Positions 44,296 to 58,740 of a stretch of 64,000 nt of DNA are shown in pieces. Both the position numbers and the translations under genes were made by a program. Source of the DNA: Lepidodermella squamata (taxonomy: Eukaryota > Animalia > Gastrotricha); the NCBI GenBank assembly GCA_047495785.1, contig JBLDXI010000015.1, positions 1,736,001 through 1,800,000 of the forward strand, given 5' to 3'. Every line of letters starts with the position of its first letter. The first letter of the stretch is position 1. The notes beneath the pieces are model-generated. The model made no database searches. It was not told the origin of the DNA and saw nothing but the letters and a program-made list of their open reading frames with translations.

Positions 44296-46627
44296 GACGA
44301 ATGACTACTGTAATAATAAATCTATGAACACAATATAAATAAATATCAACATGGGCGATTAGAAACATTGAACATCAGATTCGTATTAGTATTTCAGATA
44401 ATTAGTAAGCAAAAATATCTCCTTCTCTCATTATCATTCACAAACATCGCGAAACAATTCCCTGTGAACACATGCTCAACGTCATATAAGGAACCAAGAT
44501 GAATCACCCAAATAAGTGATGCAATAAGTGGAATTGAGGCATGCATAGCCGACCTCCGAGCTTACAGGCTCGCAGGCAAGCATAGCATAAAAAATACTCA
44601 AATAACTGGATCTTTTTGAGAAATGTAAACAAAATGAAAGTTCAGAGCAAAATTCTCCCGGTAGCGTCGTTAAATCAGAAGAGGTATATTTTGCAATCAA
44701 ATTTTTTATCGTATCAGCATGTGGGGAATTCGACATGAGGATTTTAACAAAGTGTAAGAATAAAAAATCTGGAAAATGTATATGACCAGCTGATAGTGCC
44801 CTTGTTTCATCATTAACTAAGCTTGATCACAATTTTGAACGCAAGCGTTAATGGAGAGAGGAGAACAAGTTGACGGTAGTTTACCCCACAACCGATGAGG
44901 GAACAATGTCCATGTATTGATTAATCATGAGTAGTGAGTAAGAAGTAAGAGCATCTCTGATATGCCAAAATGCGATCAGTTAATAGAAGCAGGTATCTAA
45001 ATCGTAGAACGGGATTTAATCCGCAATTGACAGGTCAACGAATGAATAAGCTTTGAGAAATTGCGAGTCTATTCAGGAGTTCAAACGGCAGATTTCAGAT
45101 ATCTATGAATAACAGCAAATAGGAGCCAAGCAGGTAACTGGGCTGCCTTCAGTCAAAAATTAGGCCAAAAACGAGGTTCAAGACGTAGAATTTCGTCGCA
45201 ACTTCCATTCATCGGCAGGCAAACTCTGCGCCCGCTCAGATGCCGGCGCGCGAGCGCGTAACAAATCAAACCATTTTTTTATTTTCTGCGAAGACTAAAT
45301 TTTTGTGTTTAGTGCGAGAATGGTCAATTTCTTTTATGGCAAAAGTTGAAGTTCAGGTTAGCGTTAATAATTGATCACAAAGAAAAACAACGACGGCCAA
45401 CAACTCGTCCCGAACATCGACAGCCAAAAGTTTGTCCAGGTGTCAAAAGCGGTTCCTGGTATGTCTCGTGTGTCGGTATTCGGTCGTACATGCACCACAC
45501 TTTGCACTCAACACAGTTTTTCCGCAATTCTGAATGTTAGAATATTTATGTGTGCGTGTGTGCTGTATGCTGTATGCCTGTTGAGTAACATCGAGTGATA
45601 GTGATCTATCGCTGGATTTAACCTCGAAATCCTATATTCGTTGTCGTAAAGGCTGTTTGCCACCGAATTCTACCGCCATACATGCTCTGGTTTATTTTTG
45701 TAGCTATCAATTAATTAGCTGTTCCCACCAATTGCTCACTGCTCATACCTCTTGATATTTTGATTCAAATACTTGCCACTAGAACCCACGCCCTTCTCCA
45801 TAGCGGATAGCACTATGTAGTGGGACATCGCTGTGGATTGATCGTCGAAAGTCGCCGTAATTTGCATTTGGCTACCTTAGGGCATAGCGGGCGAAATTTC
45901 AGCTCATCAATTGGGTACCGTTATGCCTCCTGAAACCTGAAACCAGACAAGCGTCACGAAAATTTCTCCACACCTTGCTTCTGGCTGAGTGTCTTGTGGA
46001 GACAATCATAGTGGTTGATCCTTGATCCTTGGGATAATCTTGGACATTCAAGGATCAAACTCAATCAAAACTTGGAATTAATATCCAGATATTTATTTCC
46101 TGCTATTGTATCGCTTCCTAGGTTCAGGACCATCCGACCTCGGCGAAGATTGCAATTGAGCAAAAAATCCTCTCGGCGTGTTCTTCGAACCATAATTTAT
46201 ATCCATTTATATGAAGTATGAATTTAAGTTCAGACTAAAGGATGAGCGTTTGTAGCGGAAAATTAATTGTCTATCCCGACAACACCTTAGCTATAGTATT
46301 CTGCGCACGGCTCTAGTAGCTGACACTCAGCTTCATTTTCCTTTATCCCTTACGAACCAGCTTCTCAGATTTTAATGACAGCTAATAACAATAATTCGAA
46401 AGGTTTTATTGCGGCATTTCTCATGATTGCGGGGATATGAGAACTGGAATCAGAACCATTAACAGAAAATTCAAGAAAATCCTGCGTCCCTGAAAAATGG
46501 AGATGACTTCACGTTATGTATTTCACGTTAACAATTATTTGCCTGGGCAATTTCGTGGATTATAGATGTACCGAGATCTATCGTCATTTTTCTATGTTTT
46601 TTGCTTTGTTTTTAGATTTGATTAAAA

Positions 46628-49600
46628 ATGATAAAACGTCGAAATTTAGACTGTTCTAAAATTCGGCGTTCTTTGAAGAAGAATCGAATTATCGAGTCTT
46701 TGAATTCGAGCACAACCGCTTACTTGAAAGTCATAATTATATGGATCATTGTACTTTTTGCTAACCACCTTGCCGGTTTCCATTTTGAATACATGTGGCC
46801 TGTCTGGCTCATGGTCTGCAGTGTATACGATTCATTCAAATATCAGGGACTCGTAAGTGATGAAAAATAACCTAACCACAACTGAAATTAACAAAAAACT
46901 GTGATAGGCTTTTTCGGCATTCTTTGTCGGAGTGACCGTGACCTCAGATATGCTTTGCTACTTCCTAATACCGATTCAATGGCTGTTCTTCAGCGCAAGC
47001 ACCTTTGTATGGGTGCAATATGTCTACCAAACCGAACGCGCTATCACACTACCTACAATTGGCCTCTGGTTTATGTTTATCACATTCGAAGCATCGCTAC
47101 GGATACAAGGCATTAAAAGCTTACCATACCATATAGACCTATGTAGACCATTTGCGACTCATTGGTTTGTTTTATTTGCTTTTAATGTGTTGCAAATTTA
47201 TGAGTTTTTCTATATATATATATAGCATTGGTTATCCAATGGTGACACTCGGTTTTGGTGTGAAGAGTTACATTTCTTATAAGATTCGGCTCAGGCGGCA
47301 ACGCGAGACCGAACGTGACAATGCTTTCCTTTATGATCTGGTGGACATGGCGCTTCCCGACGAATGCAAGCAGCAAAGCAGAGGTAGTAGTAGTAAATTA
47401 TTGATTGTTTACGACAACGCTTTGTTATTCGTGTATTGTTGCAGTTTTCAACAACTTCCGTTCCATAGCTGAAGCAGCGGCGGCGGCTGCCCAGTCAGGG
47501 CCCGACTCGCTCGATGATTTGCGGCGGAATGGCCAGTTGGTGCGGGATCCGCCTCAAGATTCCGATACCAGCAGTAAAGCCAGCAGTGATACTCATGAAT
47601 CTCGTGCAGCAGCAGCAGCGGCGGCAGCAAATGATAGGTGAGTAATTCTTTTATTGCGTTTCTTGCATTATTATATCACTTCTATTACTGTGTTATCGAT
47701 CGATGCGCAATATATTTTCGTTACTCGCCCGCACATTTGCCTTGGTTACTTGCCGAGTTCAAAAATACCCCAGAAATTCGCGTGTGTAAATAGCTTGTTT
47801 TCTGATCAGCTGATACACACTGGGTGTTTTAATGAATTTTGCCTCAGACGTGATTGAAGATTATAAGAAAGCCACATGACATGGAGTGCATTTCGGCGAT
47901 TGTTTTCTATTTTGAGATTGATTCTGCTATTGTACTCAGTTGCGCCCCTCGGAATCAATTTCGTTTGGACAAAATTGAATTAAGGGAAAAATTAATTTTT
48001 TGCATTATAAGCAAAATCGCTGACGGGCATTGTATTCTTCAACTATATTGAGAATAGGGAAAATTTCGAATATTCTTGGATTTTTTAAATTTAATACAAA
48101 TGTTAAATTATCGTGTAATTGTCAAAAATTGTCGTCCAAGATTAATTAGTTCAATATTTTCAGCTCTTATAGAACACATTTTTCTAATAATTGTTCTCAT
48201 TTTATTGGCAATTTCTTATCAGCCGTCAATTTTTACGCGATAATGCCAGATTTTATCGTTGATAAAAATTCTCACGATATTTTTTGTTCTATTTTTAGTG
48301 GTGCATCTCACTTGCCAGCGACCAGTCAAAAAGGCCGGGGCGGCTTGCCACGGCCAAACAGCGGTCTTCTACAATCTTCCGGAATATTCTGCAACAACAA
48401 TAATAATTCTAGTAAAAGCCGAGGCGGCAAGGCGCAGCAGCAGGTGATCCCTCAGCAGGCTGTGCCGCCGAATAACTCGGCGCCTAGCACTAATGTCGAC
48501 AGTGTAGCGAATTCTACGTCAATAGCCCCGGCGAGTCTGGTGGCGACCGTGGCGCCGACCGTGCCTGCGCAACCTCAGCAGGCGACCGGCGGCACGGATG
48601 CGGTGCAGCGGCTCGAGGCGGAGTTGCGGCGTTTGCGCAATGAGCTGCAGACGTTTCGGTCGTTGGAGGTCGAGTTGAAGGCGCAGATTGCGGTGCATTC
48701 GACCAACGACCGTATGCTGAAGTCAGAGTTGTCTCAAGTCAAACAAGACTACGATATGCTACAACAAAAGTGAGTTTTTATTTAGAATTTTATCAATTTT
48801 TCTTCTAATTTCGAGTAAATAATTGCAAAAACCTTGTCTTTTTTTGGAGAATTTTCATTCTAAACAAATTCTAGACTGACTAGTTTTTCCACGAGCTCCA
48901 TTTTTTGCGCCAAGCCTATTGTATATCAATTTACTGCAAAACTCAGTTTTTTCCCATCTTGAAAATATTTCGAAGTTGATTTTTGGCGATTTTTAAAAAT
49001 TCACGGAAAACGGGCTAAATCGTGAAGAGTTGGTCGATTTTTGTGATGGAGGAATGTCGAATTTCGTAGTGCAGATATTTTGAGCCAAATTTTTTCAAAT
49101 TGGAGTAACACATTTTCCACTTTGAAGGCATGAAACGTGAGCAGTGTTTATTTTTTAAGTTTAAAAAATGAAAACTTGATCTCGATTGACTCCGAAATGA
49201 CAAAAAATCTTCAATTTTACTGCAGCAATCATAACGATAATTTTTCGTATTTTACACTGATGCGCCTAGATTATTTTTAGCCAGTCATTTATGCTTGTTT
49301 AATTGTGATCTTTTGATTTTTCAGGCTGCAAAATACGATAAATGCGCGAGAACAGCAGTCGCAAAAAGTGCAACTGATGGACAAGCGTTTACAAGAGGAA
49401 AAGAAACAACGGCAATTAGTCGAGCAGCAATTGGCGGCTGAACGAAAAGCAGCAGCGGCGAAAGTCAAGGCCGAACAGCAGCAAGCCGAGAAAAAGCAGG
49501 AACAACTAGCGAAGCAGGCATCGAACGGCCCCGTTGCCACTGTTACGCCGACGTCATCGCCGTCGGCGCAGCACGTCAACGGACACCAGACGGGCCAGTT

Positions 49601-50825
49601 CACGCGGTCGTCATCGACTCCGAACACGGGCGAGTGCGGCGACCAGTGCAAGGCACGTCGTCGTGAAATCGAGGCTGATTTGGCGCAATTAAAGCGAGAA
49701 CTACGTGCTAAGGACGAAATTTTGGCCAAGGTTTGTTATTTTTCAATAAAATCTATATTAACCGACATTTTGCTCCTCACAAGCAAAGGAAAAATTGGAA
49801 AAATTGTCGTCGTTTAGCTTCATAAGCGATAGCTTGATATATGAAATTTGGTTGAATTATCAAAGTTTAAAAAATAATTATTATCAAATAAATTCAAAAT
49901 TGATTTGAAATTTTAATGAATAAAGCCTCTGGTTGTCCTGAAAATTTTGGTTTACAATTTTATGCCTGTTTTATGATGACATTGTTTCTATAGAATGTAA
50001 AATATTCCCATTATCCAATAAAAGTGTATACTACAACACAATAGACCCTAACCTTGGCTCTTTATTGAGGAAATGTGAAAGGGTTTCAGAATTTCTCAAG
50101 CGTAACTGATTTTAAGGCATGTCTCGTTCCTAAAAAATGAGACATATATCTGTTTCTAAGTTGGGGCTGGATTCCTCATGTTGTTTTGGCCTGTAGGATT
50201 CCTTATACAGTGAACGGCGAATTAATTTTTTCTTAATTTTTCGAAAAATCGTCAAGTACTAAGCTTATTAAATATTCGAAATTTCTCCGCTCGCAAGCGT
50301 GTAAGGTCTTTTTAAACGTTGTACCTTTTGAATTCACTCACTCGGCTATCAAATTTTGAAATTAATCGGCCATGAATTTTTCTGGAATTATGCTATCCGA
50401 AGCGTTGAAGTTATCTAATATTTTTATGTTATTTTCAGAAGCTTGAAGTGTTCGAGTCAATGCAAAGTCAGCTCAACCTGTTGAAAGAGCGAAACGAACG
50501 TCTAGAGAGCGATTTGGACGCCGAGGCGAAGCTGAAACTGCGCCTGCTAACGGCCCTATCGGAAACGAAGAAGGTCGCCGAGCAACAGGCGAAAATGCTT
50601 GAGAACCACGAACGCGACAACCAACTGTTGCAGGAACGCATCGGCCAGCTCGTGTCGGGCCTGTACGGCTCGGCCGGACTACAGGTGCACCAGCCGCAGC
50701 AAATGGGCGCCCAGTCGCCTGTTGTCATGCAGGCGCCGCAGGGTGTCGTGCCGACGGGCCACCCGTTCATGTGGAGCGGCAACGAGGCCGAGCTGGCTGA
50801 GCAGTTCATGCTAAACACGAATTGA
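46628..50825 (+). CDS. MACO1: Macoilin (TMEM57)
   Basis: Exons 46628-46852, 46908-47164, 47226-47383, 47445-47637, 48299-48769, 49325-49730, 50439-50825. Motifs KRRNLDCSKIRR, FEYMWPVWL, VYDSFKYQGL, DLCRPFATHCIGYPMVTLGFGVKSY, and coiled coil with LE.DL.AE.KLKL.L.TAL. Confidence 0.93.
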
Positions 50826-53800
50826 ATCCACGAATGAAAAAACCGAATTGCCGGACTTGAAATCGCGCTAAAATATAAAATGGGACTGTTTCAATTTTCA
50901 CACTGATGTTAAGGTAGATTTTTTCAAATAGCCGCGCGCTTTTGTAGTCGTGCGTGTGTTTTTTTCTTCTCATCCGACATAAATTCAAACACCTCGTCGT
51001 TGTCGTCGTCATTAATTTGTTTCGTTTTGCGTGTGGATTATAAGTCGACAGAATTTAATGGCTCCCTTTATGTGTTTCTTGTTTTCGTTTGCATTTTTTG
51101 GTCTTCTCGCCATCAGATGAAATCAACAATATAAGCGCTTCGATCTTTGTGTAATTTTATTGTTTATGGCTTCTTATTTCTTTCCATCTGCAATTTTGAA
51201 TGAAGGATGAAACTACAAATCAACAGCAGCTATGATGATGATGATGAAAAATAGCCCGTTTTTTGTCCATTTGTGTTCCGCTCTCTTCTCTCACTTTTTC
51301 CTTGCATAATTTGCATGCGGTTATCTTTGAGGAAATTTCGACCATAACTGCCTGGATTTTATATCAATTAATTAAATAACTACTGAAATGATTGAACACC
51401 ATAATGCGCGCCCGGCTAAAGAAATAACAAGAACTCGTGTTTACGTCCGTGTGTGTTTTCTCGGCTTCGTTTTTTGCATCCGATAAATCAATAATTTTGA
51501 ACATCAACATGAATAATAATGCAGTGTGTGAAATCGTAATCGAAATCGTTGAAACTATGAAAAATATGACGATGATGACCGGATTTTCTTATTCTTCTTC
51601 TTACTTTTCTTGGATAAAACTACAAAACTTCTCTCTCATTTGTCGTTGTGTTCACACAATACAGTACAGTTCTACTACAAGCAAATAATTACGTTAATAA
51701 TAACAGATAAAAGTACAAATAAAGTGAAAAATTTGGCAACCGATTCGGCTTTTTTCGATTTTCTATGACAAAAAATGACTGTTAATTTTTGTTGTGTGTT
51801 GTAGAAGTTCTAGCGGAAATATTGGTTTGCAGGAAGAGGAAAAATCAATGCTCGTGCTGCGAGGTAAACTCCTACGATTTACGTTTTTACGAAGAAGGAC
51901 GCTTTTCATTGAAAATATTTGTCTCATAAGAGTCAAATTTCAGACGCCTTAGCGTGTTCCTATTCACGAGGCGGCTTTTTTGTGCGCAGAGAAAATTGAA
52001 TACTTAAGCCTGAATTGAACGCTAAAAATGTACAATTTTTTCGGTTTCATTTGCGGCATTTTCGCCTTAAAAATTCGAGTAGTTTTGGGTATCCTAATAT
52101 TTACATCGGTATATTTTTGTTACCATTAAATTCTAATTTTAGCGTTAGGTTTCACCAAGGAAATTCATTAATTAAAAGTCAGCGAAACTTCTGCGATTTG
52201 TACTCTTTCAACCACGCTATAGCCTTCTATGTTGAAAATTAATATTATCATTTCATAGGTGCTGTTTTATCTGTAGGAATAGATGAGAGGTGTGAAAGCG
52301 TTGCTCTCGCCACCTTGATGCTCAGATGTTTTCCCAGGGCAATAAAAGCCGGCTCTTGAGAAGATGTAGCCAGAAGGCGACAAAAAATGTTATCCTCTAA
52401 ATGGCCGAGATTCATGTTACTATTAGGGACTTAATGTTTTTTTGTTATGCACATAATATTTTATGTTTATCTCCGAAATCGCAAAATATAAGTACCACTA
52501 AAAATGAAACCGCTGTTTTTAGATTGTTTCTGGTGAATCTCAAATTATAGCCGCTTGATTAATCAAATCGAATAAATTATACTGGTAGCGCCTCACTGTT
52601 GATCTCAGTTTTCTCGCCAGCATCCATTGCGTAAAGACTTGGCCTTTTCAGTTTATTTGTAACTTGAAACCTAGCGGAGTATAACTGATATTAGTTTTTA
52701 TTCGAAATTACAATATTTGCATAAATTCGCCAGCTTTTAATTCTCAAGAGGAAAATACATGGTGTTGTTGCGACCTAAGTCCAGAAGCATCGTAGTATAG
52801 CTCTAGTGCTTCACCAGAGTTTTGATCAAAGGAAAAGTGTAGATTTGAATTTTTGTTACCAGCAATGAACGACCCGAGAAGGGTGTTTACCCGGCGCTGT
52901 GGTAGAAAAATTGGCCCGCCAGAATCGCGAGTTCAAATGTTTTCAAGACTCAAAGCTTGCCCATTTCTACTTTCAATCACAACCTTGTTAGCCAGGGCTT
53001 CTCAACACCTGACCCTTTGCGACCTCACTCCTACCGATTTTTTCCCAATTTTTTTCGTTTTTTGATGTAGTAAAAGATGCCTGAAATGCCGAAATTATGC
53101 GTCAAAGCTATCAAATTTTGCCCATTTACATCCGATTTTTCATCATTTCTGAAAATTTTACATTAATTATGCACTTGGCCGCATTTTCGGCCGGTTTTGT
53201 TTGGGACGCTATTTGTGAAGTATTTTCTGGAAGAGTGGCCATAAAATGAATCAAATCTTCGCAATTTTTCGGTTTCATAGCAATCATCAGGCGACCCCCG
53301 CGACCCCCCGTTTGATAAGCTGCTGTTAGCGGTTGAATTGAGATCATCCGGCCACAATTTACATGCAACTTTTAATTTTGGCAATTTCTTTACTTAACAT
53401 AGTATGCGCAATCGGGCTCTGTTTTGTGCGCGCAAAAGTGTGAGCCTGAGCGGGACAATGCACGCGCGCATCTATTATCGGTTTGGAGCCCGCTGCACCT
53501 CTTGTGAGGGATATTGTATTACTTACAAGCTGTACCTTGGTTAACACGTTGAAGCCGAAACCCGACAAAGTTGTTTGATGAGAGAGATTGTTGTCCTGTC
53601 GCATCCTGCTCGGCCAGAGCGCGACATGGAAAGCCGCTTTCGGACTGGAGCCGCAGCTCTATCTCTATTCTATTCCGCCGATGCATTGTTTGATAAAATT
53701 TCTGAACATCATAAGATGAAGCATGGAAGCATAACCCGAGGTGTGTGAAAACTAAAGGTGTTTTCAGAAAAGGTATATCATAAACTTCCTACTGATGAAT

Positions 53801-55736
53801 ATAATTATGGCTTCTGAATGGAAGGGCCATTCACCGCTCATTCACCGCACACCGCATGTTCCGCATACCCCGTACATAATAATTGTGTTTTTATATTATT
53901 TATACCTAGAATTAGATTTATTACCCGCAAAATTTATGCACTTGCATTATACAATTTTTGCGGTAATGAGCATATGGATTTCTAGATGAACCTCCTCGTT
54001 ACCGGGTTTTATGCTATTATTTTGTTCAATCATTACGCCTGATGCATTAGAGCCGTATTCTGAGTAAAACATCTGTGTTTTTACTGCATAGCTTGATCAA
54101 TACCATATATTATGTATTTATTTTTATGTAGCATCGTGGCGCTTAAATTGCCTCAAATTTTGGCTCATACCCAATATTGGTAGCCAGCGTGAAATGCAGG
54201 CTATTTTCGCGATGGACGATTCTAGAACTCTTTAGCGTGCATTTTCTCAACATCTGACGAGATAATATTCTTGTGATGTTCATAAAGTCATAATTTTTTT
54301 ATCATCCTTAGCGTAATAACACGATAAGGCTTGATGGGTATAAAAAATTGAAGCGACGGTTTTTTTCCTCATTAGAAGGCACGCTGGAGTCTTTCTTCAT
54401 AACTATGAGGGGTAATAACTTACCTCGGGCTACTTCACCAGAATTCGGCGATCCTGTGTGAGTTTTTTATAGCACTCAAGTTTCCAATCTGGACGTGGGA
54501 GAATTTATGTTTTTTACTGAAATTCAGGATCGTACAAAACTTTTACTGCGATACCTCAAGTTCCGTGCCTCATATGTAGAATGCTTGTCGCTTGCCTCGC
54601 TCAATTAATTTGCACATTTTTCCCAGGATTGCTCCCGGTAGCCTCATTATTTCGCAGAGACGCCGATTTGTAGGTTATTACCTATTTATACTTTTTTTTT
54701 TTTTTTAAGTCTAAAAAGTTATGGCGTCCATGTTTTGAGTTTGGGTCGATTTCAGTCACATTTGTTCCAAAAAAAAATTGTTTCCAAAGTGTATTGATTT
54801 TATAATATATTTTGCCTGTCGCTGAATCATAATTAACTGTAGCGAAACCAACTTTCAAAACTTGGCGCAAACGCAAGATACTATGCTATTTTCGAATATT
54901 TTTTAGATCCGATTCTGAAATTGATACCTGGCCGTATACTGAGAATTTTAAGGTAATTTTGGATTTTTTTTTAATTTATCTTGAAATTTTAAAAGATTCA
55001 GCCATTTGCAGAAAATAATTTTAAAATGTGGTTCCGCTAGAAGTAAGACTATATATTTTTACTTTTATTCAAGTGAGCTCAGGTTATTTTTGGAAAATGA
55101 CAATTGTATCTGAGTTTTTTCCTGCATTAGCTCATCTTTTGGCACGCGATCGTCTGATGACAGCGCAAAACAGGCCGTAAGAAACAACCAAGTAAAATTT
55201 ACGCTTTCTCAGCTTGGCGATATCTTTATTTTTTCTAGCCGAAACTTCACGTTTCACTCAAGTAATAACTGAAAACTTATTTGTTATTTTTTGCCCTACT
55301 CATCTGATTACATCTGTTGGTAGAAACCTCATGAATATTCCCCTCGCGGTTACAAATTAATTGAGGCAAAACTTTGACCTTCAGTACATCAGAAAAACTC
55401 CCATCGTTGAACTACTCGCATGGTTATTCCCGCATGGTTTACCCTTCTAATTGGGCTGAAATAACGTGGGTTAGATTCCAGCTGAATTAACGAATGCTTT
55501 TGCGGTTAAATAGTCGCACCTGAAAAGTTGTAGGCCGCAATGACAAATGACCTCGCACATACTTTGACCTTATTTTTACCCGAGGTTCAATGACCTCGTC
55601 GTCAACGATTCGATAGCCCAGGAACTATAGTTAATGCTGTTTTTTGCCTATTTACTATTTTCAACAATTTCACCTGTCTGGTAAGAAAAAATCCGAAAAA
55701 ATGGCAAAATTTAGGGCAAATTTAGCTAGAGCCACC

Positions 55737-55910
55737 GTCATAACAGCAAATGCCCAAAACAGCAAACGCGACAAAACAGCAAATTTTTCAACTTGCGACA
55801 TATCAGCAGAAACGCGATGCATCATTTCGCTGTTTTGTTGCGAAGGACAGAAATTTGCTGTTTTGTCGCATTCACTGTTCTGCGCTGTTGCTGTTTTGGC
55901 GCCGTACCGC
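55737..55910. repeat. Palindromic AAAACAGCAAA-unit repeat, second copy
   Basis: Reverse-orientation homologue of 14858-15015. Confidence 0.65.
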
Positions 55911-58740
55911 TCTGGCTAATTCGATTTCCGAGTTTGCAAAGTTAACTTCCATATCTCTCATAACTGCTATTGAAAACTTGCATTGAAAACTGTTCATCCT
56001 TTTTGCATATTTATTTTAAAGTCGCCAAGTACAAAATAGCTTGCGGTAAGTATATTCGCTATGAATAATTCATTTTTCGTTTGAAAAGAAGGCCCGGGCG
56101 AAAGGGCAAAGAAATGTAATTTTTTAACGTGAATCGTCATTTTTATCTTTGATCTACACACATATTATCTATACTCTAATCAAATTTTTTTTAAAATCGC
56201 CAAAAATAGTGTGCCGATTAGCCCATGGCTAACACCTACGGCGTCGATAAAGCCCCAAGTTTTCACTATTTCCACTGTTTTCCCATTCTTTCTATTCTAT
56301 ATTATTCGACCTTTCGAGATTTTCTAAGCGATATTGAGTAACTTGTACTTGAAACACTTGTTTGATATATCAGTTTTACATCAGTTATTGTTTTTCGGTA
56401 GATTTGAATTTCTGACTGATTTCGCCGCCTATCAATGAATTGCTTCATCGCCTTTGTACGGAAATGATTACCTCAAGTATTGTTAACCGCACAGTCGCGT
56501 TTCCCGCCTTTGAACCTGCCGGTGATCCGCACGCTATTCATGGGCAATAACACTATAATGATACAATTTCCGGAGTTTTCCGTCCGTCTACCGTTTAATT
56601 TGATGTTGCCGGCATAGCGCGCACTCGCTGTAGCGTTACATTCGCATCCGCGCCCGCGCTTGCGTAACTCTGCGGCAGCGGGTTGAAAAGCCGCGCTGTT
56701 TAGACGTATTAATGTCGAGGCGCTGTCAAAAATCTGACACGATAAACCACAGCACCATAACAACAAATTAATGATGGTTTTAGGCTGAAAATCAGTGCAG
56801 CGTTATCAGCAAAATCATGAAACATCCTTGTTATCCTCATTTTCTCGCTGCACCCGAGTTGTCATTATAGTGAAAAGCTAGCAATTTTAAATTATGAAAT
56901 TGACATCTTATTGTTTGCACTCAATTGTTTTCCTATCAATTTTATGAATAATTTTTTAAAATTTACATTTTAAGGAGGATTTTTTAATATTATTTTAAAA
57001 TGTCCTTATTTTATAGCCTTTTCCCTATTTTCAAACATGCGGAGATGCATTGCAATTTCGGCTGCTAATTCGTTACGAAACCAATTACCGCCTTGTAGTG
57101 AAAACCTTTTGAGGATTTAAGGATTTACGCTAATCAGTTATTGAAACGCCTAGATTTTGGCGATTACCCAATCGTCTAAGTATCGTACAAGTGCGTCGCC
57201 CCTTGCCACCTCAAGGCGTCTGTTGTGACACGTGTGCGTGATCTTGCTAGCCGGCGGCACGATTATTACGAGTGGCCGAACTCACCTGCTGTGTTATGGC
57301 GATTTTACCGCGGCTTCAACCGTTACAACATTTAACTAGCGCTGAATTGGCTATGAAATTCAAATTTTAACCCGCGCTAATACGCGCCATTATTAGTTTT
57401 TCATTGAAAATCCTTGATTTATTATCGCGCCATTAGCATTTTTAATTGCGATTGTGACTTTTGTGCGCAACAGCTGCGCAATGTTACAGCGTATTTAACG
57501 CGCGGATTACGATGCGCTTTTTCGCGGATTATTTCAAACGCGCGCGCTCTCGACATTTCGCCGCGCACTCATTATCGGTCTTGATCGCTCGTGGCCTAAT
57601 TAGCCGACTTGACTGGAGCGCTGCGCCGAATTTTTATAATTTGAGGAATTTTCCAAGGCGTTTCAAGTGGCAGCTAAATCACAGCATGGAGGAACTTCCG
57701 CTTCATATTTTCGCCTATTAAAACCCCAAAAATGCCTCTATTTATCTGCAATGAGTTTCAAGTCTACACGCGCCTTTAAATTTATTTTTCAAATTTTTTC
57801 TAGACATATTGAAATATTAGTGTTACCTTCTATATCGCTGCTCCAATAACAGAAAATGCGCTTGTTGCGGTTTGAGTAAATACAATTTTTCATCGAAATG
57901 TACCTGCATTATTTCTCAATTTTTTCTTGGGAATTTTTTCCGTACTGATTATTATTCCACTTTCTGACCAAGCTACTCGAGATATTCTTGGATCCAGATT
58001 GCCCCGGCCAAAGACGATTATTTACTATCTCTCCAGGGCGAGGCGATTCTCAGCGGCGTGGAAGTAAAATAAACATTCGATCGGAATTTGCTAGATCCGA
58101 TGATGTTTTCGTTGGCTGGAAACCGGTTCGAGCGTAACGGCAAAATTACTGTTATTATTATTTCAGGGCATATGGAATCGTCGAGAAGAACTTGTAGACA
58201 CTCAACCAGACAATTGGATTTAGCGCAATTTTTCTGCATCTCAATTGAAACTCGTTGCCCCACAAGTGAATGGCTTCAAAGCTCTTATAATTAGAATTAA
58301 ATGCTACGCGAAGATGAGCATGTTTTTAAATGCATGTTATTATTTTATCTGATACAATTGTTAATTACCTTTGAGCTCGTGCTGCGTTGAAGCTTTTGTT
58401 TTGAAGCCTTTTACCAATTATCTCTACCTTGTAGGTCACCCTGAAAGACCAACTGAGAATTTACGTTTTTTTTAAATGAGCCACTGACGTAGATTCTAAA
58501 TCCAATCCTTAGGGTGAATTTGCTTTCGCAATACTGAGCCATATTGCGCACACTCCATACAAAACTTGGAAATATGGCGCACCTCTTGTTTACCAGGTAT
58601 CACTCTGCCAACCGCTGTTACATTTCGCCTAACTTCGGTTCTAACGAAAAATCTAAATTAAATTGTAAAATTTCCTTATTTTATTTTATAGGTAAATTTT
58701 ATAGCGAAAATTGAAGTGGAACGCTGAATTGGTTTGAATC

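Noticed and set aside
53400-53660. GC-richer island with possible hairpins and a minus-strand GTAAGT donor
   Set aside because: No supported ORF or RNA family; it could be a non-coding exon but cannot be shown from sequence.
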